The notes below the pieces were generated by a model. That model was not told where the DNA came from, did no database searches, and worked only from the letters and a program-made list of their open reading frames with translations. Made by a program: the position numbers and the translations under genes. Shown in pieces: positions 43,043 to 52,583 of a DNA stretch of 64,000 nt (its first letter is position 1; each line of letters starts with the position of its first letter). Origin of the DNA: Ottowia sp. GTDB taxonomy: Bacteria; Pseudomonadota; Gammaproteobacteria; Burkholderiales; Burkholderiaceae_C. The stretch covers positions 1,425-65,424 of the forward strand of contig JAGOEM010000001.1 in NCBI GenBank assembly GCA_017997715.1, read 5' to 3'.

Positions 43043-43687
43043 ATGGCCCTGCATCTCTGGCTGGCGTACTTTGCCGCCGCCTGGCTGATTGCGCTGTCGC
43101 CCGGTTCGGGCGCCGTGCTGTCGATGAGCCACGGGCTGAACTACGGCGTGCGCCAGACCACGGCGACCATCTTCGGTTTGCAGCTGGGCCTGGCGTTCAT
43201 CTTCCTGGTGGCCGGTGCCGGCGTGGGGGCGCTGCTGATGGCGTCGGCCAACGCCTTCATGGTGGTCAAGGTGCTGGGCGCGGCCTATCTGGTGTGGCTG
43301 GGCCTGCGCCAGTGGCGTGCCCCGCTGGGCGCGCTGAGCGACGACGGCGCCCTGGCACCAGGCCCCACGCCCACGGTGCGCCAGCGCGTGGCGCTGGGTT
43401 TGTTCACCAACGCCACCAACCCCAAGGGCATCGTCTTCATGGTGGCGGTGCTGCCGCAGTTCATCACGCCTGCGCGGCCACTGGCGCCGCAGCTGGCGAT
43501 ATTGCTGGCCACCACGGTGGTGGTGGATCTGATCGTGATGCACGGCTATGCGTTTCTGGCTTCGCGCCTGCGCCAGTGGTTGCGTACAGTGCGCGCCCGC
43601 CGCAACCAGAACCGCGTGTTCGGCGGCGTGTTGATGGCGATGGGCGCCAGCCTGCTGCTGATCGACCGTGCGGCGCGCACCGGTTGA
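43043..43687 (+). CDS. LysE/RhtB family amino-acid exporter
   Basis: LSPGSG, LGAAYLVWLG, TNPKGIVF. Confidence 0.9.
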   Translation: MALHLWLAYFAAAWLIALSPGSGAVLSMSHGLNYGVRQTTATIFGLQLGLAFIFLVAGAGVGALLMASANAFMVVKVLGAAYLVWLGLRQWRAPLGALSDDGALAPGPTPTVRQRVALGLFTNATNPKGIVFMVAVLPQFITPARPLAPQLAILLATTVVVDLIVMHGYAFLASRLRQWLRTVRARRNQNRVFGGVLMAMGASLLLIDRAARTG

Positions 43688-43703
43688 AACGTGTTTCTTT
43701 GCC

Positions 43704-44210
43704 ATGGCCGACCTCGCTGAATCCCTCTTGCCCGAAGGCGTGAAGCGCGTGGCCGCCGCCTTGTCTGCCGCCGGCCACGCACACGCCCCCGTCATGCTGG
43801 ACGACGCTGCGCGCACCGCGCAGCAGGCCGCCGATGCGCTGGGCATTGCCGTGGGCCAGATTGCCAAGAGCATCATCTTTCGCCGCAAGCAAGATGACGT
43901 GGCCGTGCTGGTCATTACCAGCGGCGACCGGCGCGTGGACGAAAAGCGCGTGGCCGAGCTGGTGGGCAAGATCGGCCGTGCCGACGCCGACTTTGTGAAG
44001 GCACGCACCGGTTTCACCATTGGCGGGGTGGCCCCGCTGGCCCACGCGCAGCCGCCCGTCACCCTGATCGACCGCGAGCTGTACCGCTTTGACGTGATCT
44101 GGGCCGCCGCAGGGCACCCGCATGGCGTGTTTCAGCTGCGCCCCGGCGACCTGGAACGGCTGACCGGCGCGCCCGTGGCCGATGTGGTGCAACCGCTGGC
44201 GGCAAGCTGA
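43704..44210 (+). CDS. YbaK/EbsC family aminoacyl-tRNA editing protein
   Basis: TAQQAADALG, QIAKSIIF, TGFTIGGVAP, WAAAGHP. Confidence 0.9.
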   Translation: MADLAESLLPEGVKRVAAALSAAGHAHAPVMLDDAARTAQQAADALGIAVGQIAKSIIFRRKQDDVAVLVITSGDRRVDEKRVAELVGKIGRADADFVKARTGFTIGGVAPLAHAQPPVTLIDRELYRFDVIWAAAGHPHGVFQLRPGDLERLTGAPVADVVQPLAAS

Positions 44211-44211
44211 A

Positions 44212-44276
44212 TGCTATGAATAACGAAGCTGCTTACGCAGGTAAATCGGGCGCTGGCGGCCCATTTGATTCAGATA
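44212..44276 (+). repeat. family A repeat A8 (contains predicted start of DUF1289 gene)
   Basis: TGCTATGAATAACGAAGCTGCTTACGC-N11-GCGCTGGCGGCCCATTTGATTCAGATA. Confidence 0.75.
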
Positions 44277-44467
44277 ATGCCGCCCAGGTCGCATCGCCGT
44301 GCACCGGCGTATGCCGCCTGCACCCCACCACCGGCTGGTGCGAAGGCTGCTGGCGCAGCCTGGACGAGATCGCCGGCTGGTCTTCGATGAACGCGCCGCA
44401 GCGCCGCGACGTGCTGGCGCGCACGGCACAGCGCCGCGAAGGTACAGGCAACCAGGAAGGCACATGA
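44216..44467 (+). CDS. DUF1289 family small Cys-rich protein
   Basis: SPCTGVC...CEGCWRSLDEIAGW. Confidence 0.85.
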   Translation: MNNEAAYAGKSGAGGPFDSDNAAQVASPCTGVCRLHPTTGWCEGCWRSLDEIAGWSSMNAPQRRDVLARTAQRREGTGNQEGT

Positions 44468-45099
44468 AACGCATCGACTGCTATCTGGACTTCGTCTCGC
44501 CCTACGCCTACCTGGCGTTTGAGCAGCTGCCGCGCGCGCTGCAGGGCTTGGGCTACGAAGTGGTCTACCGCCCCATCCTGTTGGCCGCGGTGCTGAAGAC
44601 GCACGGCCAGCTGGGCCCGGCAGAGATCGCGCCCAAACGCGACTGGACCTATCGGCAGGTGCTGTGGCAAGCCGCCGAGCTGGACATTCCCCTGCAAATG
44701 CCGGCCGCACACCCCTTCAACCCATTGCGGCTGCTGCGCCTGGCGTGGGCGTGCGCGCAGCAGGGCGCACCCAGCCGCTACGTGTGCGAGACGCTGTTCC
44801 GCCACGTATGGCGCGCCGACGGCGCCCCTGCCGACGATGCCGCCAGGCTGGCCGAACTGACGGCCCAGCTGGCGCCCGCGCGCGACCCGGCCAGCGCCGA
44901 AGTCAAGCATGAGCTGAAAGCCGCAACCGACGCAGCACTGGCCGCTGGCGTGTTCGGCGTGCCCACCTTCGCCGTGGATGGCCGCCTGTTCTGGGGGCTG
45001 GACGCACTGCCCATGTTGCGCGCGCAATTGCAGGGCGACGCGCGCGTTGATGCGGTATGGCAACACGCCGCAAGCGTGGCGCAAGGCGTTCGGCGTTGA
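44464..45099 (+). CDS. 2-hydroxychromene-2-carboxylate isomerase / DsbA-like kappa GST
   Basis: DFVSPYAYL, GVFGVPTF, LFWGLD. Confidence 0.88.
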   Translation: MKRIDCYLDFVSPYAYLAFEQLPRALQGLGYEVVYRPILLAAVLKTHGQLGPAEIAPKRDWTYRQVLWQAAELDIPLQMPAAHPFNPLRLLRLAWACAQQGAPSRYVCETLFRHVWRADGAPADDAARLAELTAQLAPARDPASAEVKHELKAATDAALAAGVFGVPTFAVDGRLFWGLDALPMLRAQLQGDARVDAVWQHAASVAQGVRR

Positions 45100-45128
45100 A
45101 TAGGCCGGTGCGTTAGGCGCCGCCTGTC

Positions 45129-45192
45129 TGCTATTTGAAACATAGCTGCTGGCGCACAGTGCACGCCCGCCAGAGGTGGTTTTTGTTGCCAT
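45129..45192 (+). repeat. family A repeat A9
   Basis: TGCTATTTGAAACATAGCTGCTGGCGC-N11-CCGCCAGAGGTGGTTTTTG. Confidence 0.7.
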
Positions 45193-45211
45193 CCCAAGCC
45201 TTGCACCTGCC

Positions 45212-47035
45212 ATGCCCAATGCCTTCAACTTCGCGGCCTCGCCCTTTGACTGTCTGACGCTGGACGAGCAGCGCACCGTGCGCGACGCGGTGGACATCGC
45301 CTACTTTCCCGAAGGCGCCACCGTGCTGGAGCCCGGCGCCGCGCCTACCCACCTGTTCGTGGTCATCAAGGGCGTGGTGGCGCAGCTGGAAGACGGGCAA
45401 ACGGTGGCCACCTACGGCCCCGATGAATGCTTTGACGGCCGCGCCCTGGTGGCCGGGCGCGTCAGCAGCCGCTTCGTGGTGCTGGAAGAACTGGTCGCCT
45501 ACGAGCTGCAGCGCGAAGCCGTGATGGCGCTGATCGCATCCAACGCCACCTTTGGCGCGCTGCTGTTCGCCGACATTGGCGCCAAGCTCAGCGCGCTGTC
45601 TGAACGGCGCAGCCAGCACCAGCTGCAGTCGCTGACGCTGTCGCGCGTCGACGAAGCCTTCATGCGCCCACCCCTGATCGTGGAATGGGGCACGCCCGTG
45701 CTGGACGTGGTGCGGCTGTTTCAGCAGCAGCGCAGCACGCACGTGCTGGTGCGCGACGCGCGCAGCGAGCCCGAGCGCATGGGCATCTTCACCACCAACG
45801 CGCTGCAGCGCGCCGTGCTGGACGAACGGCCCCTGGCCACGCTGCCGGTGGGCGACATGAGCAACTTCGCGCTGATTTCGGTACAGGCGTCAGACCAGCT
45901 GGGCGACGCCATGGCGCTGATGCTGAAGCGGCGCATTCACCGCGTGGTGGTGCGCGAAGGCGAACGCATCGTGGGCGTGTTGGAAGCACTGGACCTGTTC
46001 AGCTTCCTGTCCAACCATTCGCACATGATCGCGGTGCTGATCGAACACGCCAGCGATCTGGACGGCCTGACCGAAGCCGCCGCGCAGATCACCCGCATGA
46101 TCAGCGTGCTGCACCGCGGCGGCACGCAGGTGACCCTGATCGCGCAGCTGGTGCAGCAACTCAACGCACGCCTGTTTGAACGCGCCTGGCAGATGATTGC
46201 GCCGCCCGAGCTGCTGGCCGCCAGCTGCCTGTTCGTGATGGGCAGCGAAGGCCGGGGCGAACAACTGCTCAAGACCGACCAGGACAACGCGCTGGTGCTG
46301 CGCGACGACTTCACGCCGCCGCCCGATCTGGAGGCGCTGTGCGATCAGTTCTCGGCCGCGCTGGCCCGCTTTGGCTATCCACCGTGCCGGGGCGGCATCA
46401 TGCTCAGCAACCCGGCCTGGCGTGGCAGCGTCAGCGAATTCAGCCGGCGCGCGCGCCACTGGCTGCTGGAGCCCAGCGACGAACACCTGATGTGCCTGGC
46501 CATCTTCATGGACGCGCACGCCGTGGCGGGCGACCCGGCCCTGCTGGAACAGGTGCGCGGTAGCGTCCATCAATTGGCTACCGACAACGACGCGCTGCTG
46601 GCGCGCTTTGCCGCCGCCATCGAAGCCTTTGGCCAGAACAGCGGCTGGTGGGGCCGCCTGCTGAGCCGGGGCGATGCCGAGCGCCTGGTGGACCTGAAGA
46701 AGGAAGGCATCTTTCCGATCGTGCACGGCGTGCGCAGCCTGGCCTTTTCGCTGCGGATCAACGCCACCAACACGGCCGAGCGGGTTGCCGCGCTGGTGCA
46801 GCACGGCGTGCTGGGCGCCGCGACCGGCGATGAGCTGGTGCAAAGCCTGCACCTGATGATGGGCCTGAAGCTCAAGGCCGGCCTGTCCGAGCTGGACACG
46901 GGCAAGCCGATCAGCGGCGCGATCGACATGGAGCGCCTCACCACGCTGGAGCGCAACCTGCTCAAGGACGCGCTGGCCGCGGTCAAGCGCTTCAAGAGCG
47001 TGCTGCGCCAGCGCTTTCGCCTGGACAGCCTGTGA
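45212..47035 (+). CDS. cNMP-binding/CBS/DUF294 nucleotidyltransferase-domain protein
   Basis: N-terminal cNMP-like domain (LFVVIKGVV), CBS pair, MGSEGRGEQLLKTDQDNAL motif, DLKKEGIFPIVHGVR. Confidence 0.88.
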   Translation: MPNAFNFAASPFDCLTLDEQRTVRDAVDIAYFPEGATVLEPGAAPTHLFVVIKGVVAQLEDGQTVATYGPDECFDGRALVAGRVSSRFVVLEELVAYELQREAVMALIASNATFGALLFADIGAKLSALSERRSQHQLQSLTLSRVDEAFMRPPLIVEWGTPVLDVVRLFQQQRSTHVLVRDARSEPERMGIFTTNALQRAVLDERPLATLPVGDMSNFALISVQASDQLGDAMALMLKRRIHRVVVREGERIVGVLEALDLFSFLSNHSHMIAVLIEHASDLDGLTEAAAQITRMISVLHRGGTQVTLIAQLVQQLNARLFERAWQMIAPPELLAASCLFVMGSEGRGEQLLKTDQDNALVLRDDFTPPPDLEALCDQFSAALARFGYPPCRGGIMLSNPAWRGSVSEFSRRARHWLLEPSDEHLMCLAIFMDAHAVAGDPALLEQVRGSVHQLATDNDALLARFAAAIEAFGQNSGWWGRLLSRGDAERLVDLKKEGIFPIVHGVRSLAFSLRINATNTAERVAALVQHGVLGAATGDELVQSLHLMMGLKLKAGLSELDTGKPISGAIDMERLTTLERNLLKDALAAVKRFKSVLRQRFRLDSL

Positions 47036-47682
47036 GTGCGCCGCTGCGCGAACACTGGCAGGCCTTGCGGCGCCGCTGGCTGCTGCGCCGGCTGTGGCTG
47101 CCAGAGTTCAGCTTCATGTTCCAGCCGCCGCCCCCGGGCGAATGGGTGGCGCTGGACTGCGAGACCACGGGCCTGAACGTGCGCACGGACGAAATCATCG
47201 CCATCGGCGCGGTGCGCATCGTGGGCCAGCGGGTGATGACCAGCGAACGGCTGGAGCTGCTGGTGCGCCCGCAAAAAGGCGTGTCGGCCGAAAGCGTGCG
47301 GGTGCACCGCCTGCGCGCGCGCGATGTGGCGGACGGCCTGCCGATCGACGAAGCCATGAAGCGGCTGATGCACTTCATCGGCAGCCGGCCCCTGGTGGGT
47401 TACTACCTGGAATTCGACCTGGCCATGCTCAACCGCGCCATTCGGCCGCTGCTGGGGGTGCGCCTGCCGCAGCCGCGAATCGAGGTATCGGCGCTGTACC
47501 ACGACCACAAGTTCCGTCAGCTGCCCCCTTCGCACCAGCAGGGCAACGTCGAGATCGATCTGCGCTTTGCCACGCTGATGGACGATCTGGCGCTGCCGCA
47601 ACGTGAAGCCCATGACGCGCTGAACGACGCGGTGATGGCGGCGCTGGCCTTCGTGAAACTGCGTCAGTTGCACAAGGAATGA
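47032..47682 (+). CDS. DEDDh 3'-5' exonuclease (Pol III epsilon-like)
   Basis: LDCETTGL, FDLAML, HDALNDA; GTGA overlap with upstream gene. Confidence 0.9.
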   Translation: MSAPLREHWQALRRRWLLRRLWLPEFSFMFQPPPPGEWVALDCETTGLNVRTDEIIAIGAVRIVGQRVMTSERLELLVRPQKGVSAESVRVHRLRARDVADGLPIDEAMKRLMHFIGSRPLVGYYLEFDLAMLNRAIRPLLGVRLPQPRIEVSALYHDHKFRQLPPSHQQGNVEIDLRFATLMDDLALPQREAHDALNDAVMAALAFVKLRQLHKE

Positions 47683-47690
47683 GTGGCGAT

Positions 47691-47756
47691 TGCTATCACT
47701 AACGTAGCTGCTTGCGCCCATTGGATAAGCGCTACAGGCCATTTTGATGCTGAAAT
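47691..47756 (+). repeat. family A repeat A10
   Basis: TGCTATCACTAACGTAGCTGCTTGCGC-N11-GCGCTACAGGCCATTTTGATGCTGAAAT. Confidence 0.82.
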
Positions 47757-47877
47757 GCATGGCCATGATGCCTGCCGGGCCGCGCACTGGGATCGTTCCT
47801 AGCTGGTAGCGATCCCAGCTGGGCAGACGGCGCCGCAGTGATTACGCTGGCCGCTTGGCACTTGAGGAGGCGACAAC

Positions 47878-49434
47878 ATGATGGCTGTGGGCGCTTGGGG
47901 CGCGCGCTGGCAAGGCGAGGCCACACCCCTGAGCTGCGGGGGCGTTGCTGCACCGGCTGGGTCAGCGGACACAGCCCAGCGTGGCTACCCGGTGGGCGAT
48001 GGCACGTTTGCCGCCACGGTGCGTGGCACCGCGCCACAGCCTGAGCGCGATCTGCAGTTCGCCATGATGGCCAACGACGCCTATGCGTCGAACGCCACCG
48101 GCCCCACCGGCACGCAGTCTGAACGCGAACTGGCCGCCGCCGGCTGGCAGCGTCTGACGCCCGTGGGCGACCAGCTGGTGGATGCGCAAGGCCACCCAAT
48201 TCCGATTGACCTGGGCATGCTGCACGATGCCAAGACCGGGTTCGATGCGGCGATCTACCAGAACGCGCAGGGGCAGTACGTCGTCGCCTACCGGGGCACC
48301 GACAACTGGAGCCCGGGCGTTGGCGGCGACACCCGGGCCAACCTGGGCCAGGGAGCGGGCCTGGCGATCGACCAGTACGAAAGCGCCCTGGCCCTGGCAG
48401 AGCGCGCAGACAAGGTGTTCGGCGCCGGCAACGTGGCCTTCTCGGGGCATTCCTTGGGGGGCGGCCTGGCGTCCGCGGCGATGTTGTCGGTGGGTGCGCC
48501 CGGGGTCACCTTCAACGCGGCTGGGCTGAGCGACAACACCTTGCGCCGGCTGGAGCTGGGCGCGTCCGCCAACGCCGTGCGCGCGGACACGGCCGCCAGC
48601 GGAGAGATTCGGCGCTACAACGTCGAGGGCGAGCTTTTGACCGGCATCCAGCAAGGGCCGCCATTGCCCGATGCGGTGGGCCATGAACTGCGCATCGCCC
48701 CGGCCAGCGGCAACCGCCATTCGAATCCGGTTGAGCTGCACGGGGGCGGGGGCGATCAAGCGTCCTACGTCGAAGCCCTGCGCGACAACACCGCCTACCG
48801 GCCGGGTGCGCCGATGCCGGGCGCGCAACTGCTGGAGCGCTACTACGAATCCCGCTTGAACACCCTGGCGTCCTTCGGCACCCATCTGGCCGACGCCGGA
48901 CGCCATGCGGGCCAGGTGGCGCAGGACACCGCGCTGGCCGTCGCCGAAGTGGCGCACACTGACCTTGCCCAGGGCCACGCGGCGCCTGCGGCTTTGCGGG
49001 TGGGCGGGGCCCTTACCGATGCCGCGCTGGACATCGGTGCCGGCGCTGCAGAGAACGCCGCAGACTACATGGGCGACCAGGTCATGGAGGCCGGCACGCT
49101 GGCGGGCAACGTGGTGCGCACCGCTGGCGCCGCTATGGGCCTGGGCCAGCAGTCCGCAGCGCTGGCCGTCCGGTTGGAAAGTGCGGGCCAGCGGGCCAAT
49201 CAGCTCATCGACCAGGCGGGCCAGCTGGCAGCCCGGGGCCTGGACCGTGCCGGTGACCACCTGAGCTGGGCGGCCGATCGTGCGGCCGATGGCGTCCGTT
49301 GGGCGACCGAGCAAGCGGTGGAAGGCGCCGAATGGGCGGCGGACAAGGTGGCCCAAGGCGCCGAATGGGTGGGCGATCGCCTGTCGGATGTCGGCCGCTG
49401 GGTAGGCCGCTGGAACCCCTTCGGAGGCGCCTGA
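47878..49434 (+). CDS. PhlA/YplA-like phospholipase A1 with Ala-rich helical C-terminal extension
   Basis: GFDAAIY, YVVAYRGT, GHSLGGGLA, TFNAAGLSDNTL, IRRY, PDAVGH; GAGGAGG RBS; no Sec signal peptide. Confidence 0.82.
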   Translation: MMAVGAWGARWQGEATPLSCGGVAAPAGSADTAQRGYPVGDGTFAATVRGTAPQPERDLQFAMMANDAYASNATGPTGTQSERELAAAGWQRLTPVGDQLVDAQGHPIPIDLGMLHDAKTGFDAAIYQNAQGQYVVAYRGTDNWSPGVGGDTRANLGQGAGLAIDQYESALALAERADKVFGAGNVAFSGHSLGGGLASAAMLSVGAPGVTFNAAGLSDNTLRRLELGASANAVRADTAASGEIRRYNVEGELLTGIQQGPPLPDAVGHELRIAPASGNRHSNPVELHGGGGDQASYVEALRDNTAYRPGAPMPGAQLLERYYESRLNTLASFGTHLADAGRHAGQVAQDTALAVAEVAHTDLAQGHAAPAALRVGGALTDAALDIGAGAAENAADYMGDQVMEAGTLAGNVVRTAGAAMGLGQQSAALAVRLESAGQRANQLIDQAGQLAARGLDRAGDHLSWAADRAADGVRWATEQAVEGAEWAADKVAQGAEWVGDRLSDVGRWVGRWNPFGGA

Positions 49435-49523
49435 TGGGCGATGGGCGGCCACCGCGCCACCACGTAGCCGCGCGGCGTGCGCCGGGGGTTAGCATTCGCA
49501 GCTGCACTCACTCAGAACCACGC

Positions 49524-50258
49524 ATGAATAGGCGCTTGCTGTCCCTGTCGCCGTTCGTGGCGCTCATCCTGGCGGCCTGCGGCCAGCAACGATCGGACGC
49601 GATGAACCCGCAACTGTTTCGCTCTCCCCAGGCGGCGGCCCTGTACGCGGCCGCGTCGCGTGGCGACCTGGAGCGCGCCCGCGCACTGATCGCTGAGGGC
49701 GTGAGCCTGAACAGCGCCAACCAACGCGAGCAGACCTTGCTGGACGTCGCCATGCTGGAGGGCGACCGCCGCGCCTTCAGCAGCCTGCTGAGTCTGGGCG
49801 CTGACCCGACGTACCTGGGGCAACACCGCGATACGCCGATGCACTTTGCCGCGGCGTTTGAAGACCCCTATTGGCTGCGGACCATCGTTGCCCGCGGCGC
49901 CTCGGTCGAGACGCGCAACCGGCTGGGGCAAACGCCGCTCTTTCGCGCACTGGGCGCTGGCACACAGGCCAACGTCGGGCTGCTGCTGGAGGCGCGCGCG
50001 AATGTCCGGGCGCGCGCCAGCAATGGCGAGACTTTGCTGCACCACGCCGCGGCGATCCGGAGCGCTGAGGATGTGTGGCGCTTTCTGCAGCTGGGTGTCG
50101 ACCCGAACGCGATTGACGATCTGGGCTACACCTTCCAATACGCGTTCTTCGGCACGCCCGACAGCAAACTCAGCGCGCAAGGGCGCGAGACGCGGGAAAA
50201 GGTTCGTGCCTGGCTGCAAGCGCGCGGCATTCCCATCCAGCAAGCGCACCGCCGGTAA
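49524..50258 (+). CDS. ankyrin-repeat lipoprotein (PhlB-like accessory/immunity protein)
   Basis: Lipobox LAA-C; ankyrin motifs TLLDVA, TPMHFAA, GQTPLFRA, GETLLHHAA, GVDPNAID. Confidence 0.82.
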   Translation: MNRRLLSLSPFVALILAACGQQRSDAMNPQLFRSPQAAALYAAASRGDLERARALIAEGVSLNSANQREQTLLDVAMLEGDRRAFSSLLSLGADPTYLGQHRDTPMHFAAAFEDPYWLRTIVARGASVETRNRLGQTPLFRALGAGTQANVGLLLEARANVRARASNGETLLHHAAAIRSAEDVWRFLQLGVDPNAIDDLGYTFQYAFFGTPDSKLSAQGRETREKVRAWLQARGIPIQQAHRR

Positions 50259-50431
50259 GCCGGCTGCAGGGCGCCGCAGCGCCAGCGGCCCGCGCGCTGC
50301 GCCTGGCACGCATCACTAGCTTCGGAGCGTCGCCAAAAAAGACGTCTTGTGTCTTGCCGCCCATCCGGCGGAGCAGGTCACGTCGCGCCCTTGTGGTCTG
50401 CGGTGTGATGGCTTGATCGAGACCGCGCGGT

Positions 50432-50495
50432 CGCTGCAATAAACATAGCTGCCCACGCCCACACCATGCGGAAAGTGGGCGTATTTTCCATAAAA
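50432..50495 (+). repeat. family A repeat A11 (degenerate)
   Basis: CGCTGCAATAAACATAGCTGCCCACGC-N11-GGAAAGTGGGCGTATTTTCCATAAAA. Confidence 0.6.
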
Positions 50496-50523
50496 AAAGC
50501 CGGGCGCCAAGGCCCGGCTTTTT
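50492..50523. terminator. bidirectional Rho-independent terminator
   Basis: AAAAAAAGCCGGGC-GCCAAG-GCCCGGCTTTTT downstream of actP. Confidence 0.85.
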
Positions 50524-50541
50524 ATAGCGATGCGCGACCGC

Positions 50542-52278
50542 TCAGTGGCTCGATGCCGTGGATGCGCCCAAGCCGGTTTCCGACCGCACCTTCTGCGCCG
50601 GGTACGAGGCGCGCTCGGCGGCGGCATTGCGGCTCTTGTCGGTGATCGAGAAGAACCAGATGCCGAAGAAGCCGATGGCCATCGAGAACAGCGCGGGCGA
50701 CGTGTAGGGGAACAGCGCCGAGCCGGCTGGGTTGCCCATGGTGGCTTCCCACACCGAGGGCGACACGATGGTCAGCCCCACGGAGGAGATCAGGCCCATG
50801 AAGCCGCCGATCACCGCGCCACGCGTGGTGCAGTCTTTCCACAGCACCGACAGCAGCAGCACGGGGAAGTTGGCCGATGCGGCGATGGCGAAGGCCAGCG
50901 ACACCATGAAGGCGATGTTCTGCTTCTCGAACAGAATGCCCAGGGCCACGGCGACCACGCCCAGTGCCAGGGTGGTGATGCGCGAGACACGCAGTTCCTT
51001 GGCGCTGTCGGCCTTGCCCTTCTTGAACACGGTGGCGTACAGATCGTGCGAGACCGCCGAGGCACCCGACAGAGTCAGGCCAGCCACCACCGCCAGGATG
51101 GTCGCGAAGGCCACGGCAGAGATGAAGCCGTAGAACACGTTGCCGCCGACGCTCTTGGCCACCAGCACCGCCGCCATGTTGGCCGTGCCGGCACCGCCGT
51201 GGATCACGCCTTTGATGGTGTCTGCAAACTCGGGGTTGGTCAGCACCTGGGTGATGGCGCCAAAGCCGATGATGAAGATCACCACGTAGAAGTAGCCGAT
51301 CCAGGTGGTGGCCCAGAACACGCTCTTGCGCGCTTCCTTGGCATCGGGCACGGTGAAGAAGCGCATCAGGATGTGGGGCAGGCCCAGCGTGCCGAACATC
51401 AGTGCCATGCCGAAGCTGATGGCCGAGATCGGGTCCTTGATGAATCCACCGGGGCCCATGATCGCCAGGCCGGCCTTGGCGGCGGCATCGGGCGTGGCGC
51501 CGTTGTTGGCAGCGATCTGCGCGCGCACCTTCACGCCGTCGGCAAACAGCGCTTCAGGGCTGAAGCCGTACTTGGCCATCACCATGAAGCCCATGAAGGT
51601 CACGCCGGACAGCAGCAGCACCGCCTTGATGATCTGCACCCAGGTAGTAGCCGTCATGCCGCCGAACAGCACGTACACCATCATCAGGCCACCCACCAGA
51701 ACCACGGCAATCCAGTAATCCAGGCCGAACAGCAGCTTGATCAACTGGCCCGCGCCCACCATCTGCGCGATCAGGTAGAACGCCACCACCACCAGCGTGC
51801 CGCTGGCAGCAAAGGCGCGAATCGGACCTTGCTGGAAGCGGTAGCCGGCCACGTCGGCAAAGGTGAACTTGCCCAGGTTGCGCAGGCGTTCGGCCAGCAG
51901 AAAGGTCAGGATCGGCCAGCCGACCAGAAAGCCGATGGAGTAGATCAGGCCGTCGTAGCCGGTGGCCATGACGGCAGCGGAAATGCCCAGGAACGAAGCG
52001 GCCGACATGTAGTCGCCCGCGATCGCCAGGCCGTTCTGAAAGCCCGTGATGCCGCCACCAGCGGTGTAGAAATCGGCCGCCGACTTGGTGCGGCCCGCCG
52101 CCCATTTGGTGATCCACAGTGTCGCCACCACAAAGGCGGTGAACATGATGATGGCGGTCCAGTTGGTCGCCTGCTTGGCAGCAACGCCCACGTCGCCGCC
52201 GGCCGCGTGGGCCAGGCCCACGCAGCCCAAGGCTGCGGTCAGGCCGATCAGGCCGCGTGAAATTCGGGTGGCGCTCAT
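50542..52278 (-). CDS. actP: cation/acetate symporter
   Basis: [57 protein letters not shown]. Confidence 0.92.
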   Translation of the reverse strand: MSATRISRGLIGLTAALGCVGLAHAAGGDVGVAAKQATNWTAIIMFTAFVVATLWITKWAAGRTKSAADFYTAGGGITGFQNGLAIAGDYMSAASFLGISAAVMATGYDGLIYSIGFLVGWPILTFLLAERLRNLGKFTFADVAGYRFQQGPIRAFAASGTLVVVAFYLIAQMVGAGQLIKLLFGLDYWIAVVLVGGLMMVYVLFGGMTATTWVQIIKAVLLLSGVTFMGFMVMAKYGFSPEALFADGVKVRAQIAANNGATPDAAAKAGLAIMGPGGFIKDPISAISFGMALMFGTLGLPHILMRFFTVPDAKEARKSVFWATTWIGYFYVVIFIIGFGAITQVLTNPEFADTIKGVIHGGAGTANMAAVLVAKSVGGNVFYGFISAVAFATILAVVAGLTLSGASAVSHDLYATVFKKGKADSAKELRVSRITTLALGVVAVALGILFEKQNIAFMVSLAFAIAASANFPVLLLSVLWKDCTTRGAVIGGFMGLISSVGLTIVSPSVWEATMGNPAGSALFPYTSPALFSMAIGFFGIWFFSITDKSRNAAAERASYPAQKVRSETGLGASTASSH

Positions 52279-52583
52279 TTCGTGGCGTCCTTGAGGATTT
52301 CGCGCGTCCGGGCGTCGAACTCGGTGTTCGCGCGGCGCACATAAAGGCCGGTGATGATGACGGTGAACACGATCACCCCCATGCCGATGGGAATGCCCAG
52401 GGTGGTGACCCCTTCGCCCAACGGCCTGGCCAGCAGTTCCTTGTCGAATGCGATGAGGCCGATGTAGCCGTAATACACGATCAGCATCAGGATCGTGAGC
52501 GCCCAGCTGTAGCGGTTGCGGGTCTGCGTCAGCTGCTGGTACTTGGGATCGCGCTGGATCCGTTCGACCGTAGGGTCTGTCAT
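52275..52583 (-). CDS. DUF485 (YjcH-like) membrane protein
   Basis: [20 protein letters not shown]; AAAGGAG RBS; ATGA overlap with actP. Confidence 0.9.
   Translation of the reverse strand: MTDPTVERIQRDPKYQQLTQTRNRYSWALTILMLIVYYGYIGLIAFDKELLARPLGEGVTTLGIPIGMGVIVFTVIITGLYVRRANTEFDARTREILKDATK

Noticed and set aside
47787-47823. CTGGGATCG...CGATCCCAG hairpin upstream of the phospholipase
   Set aside because: Single copy, no U-tract, no assignable function
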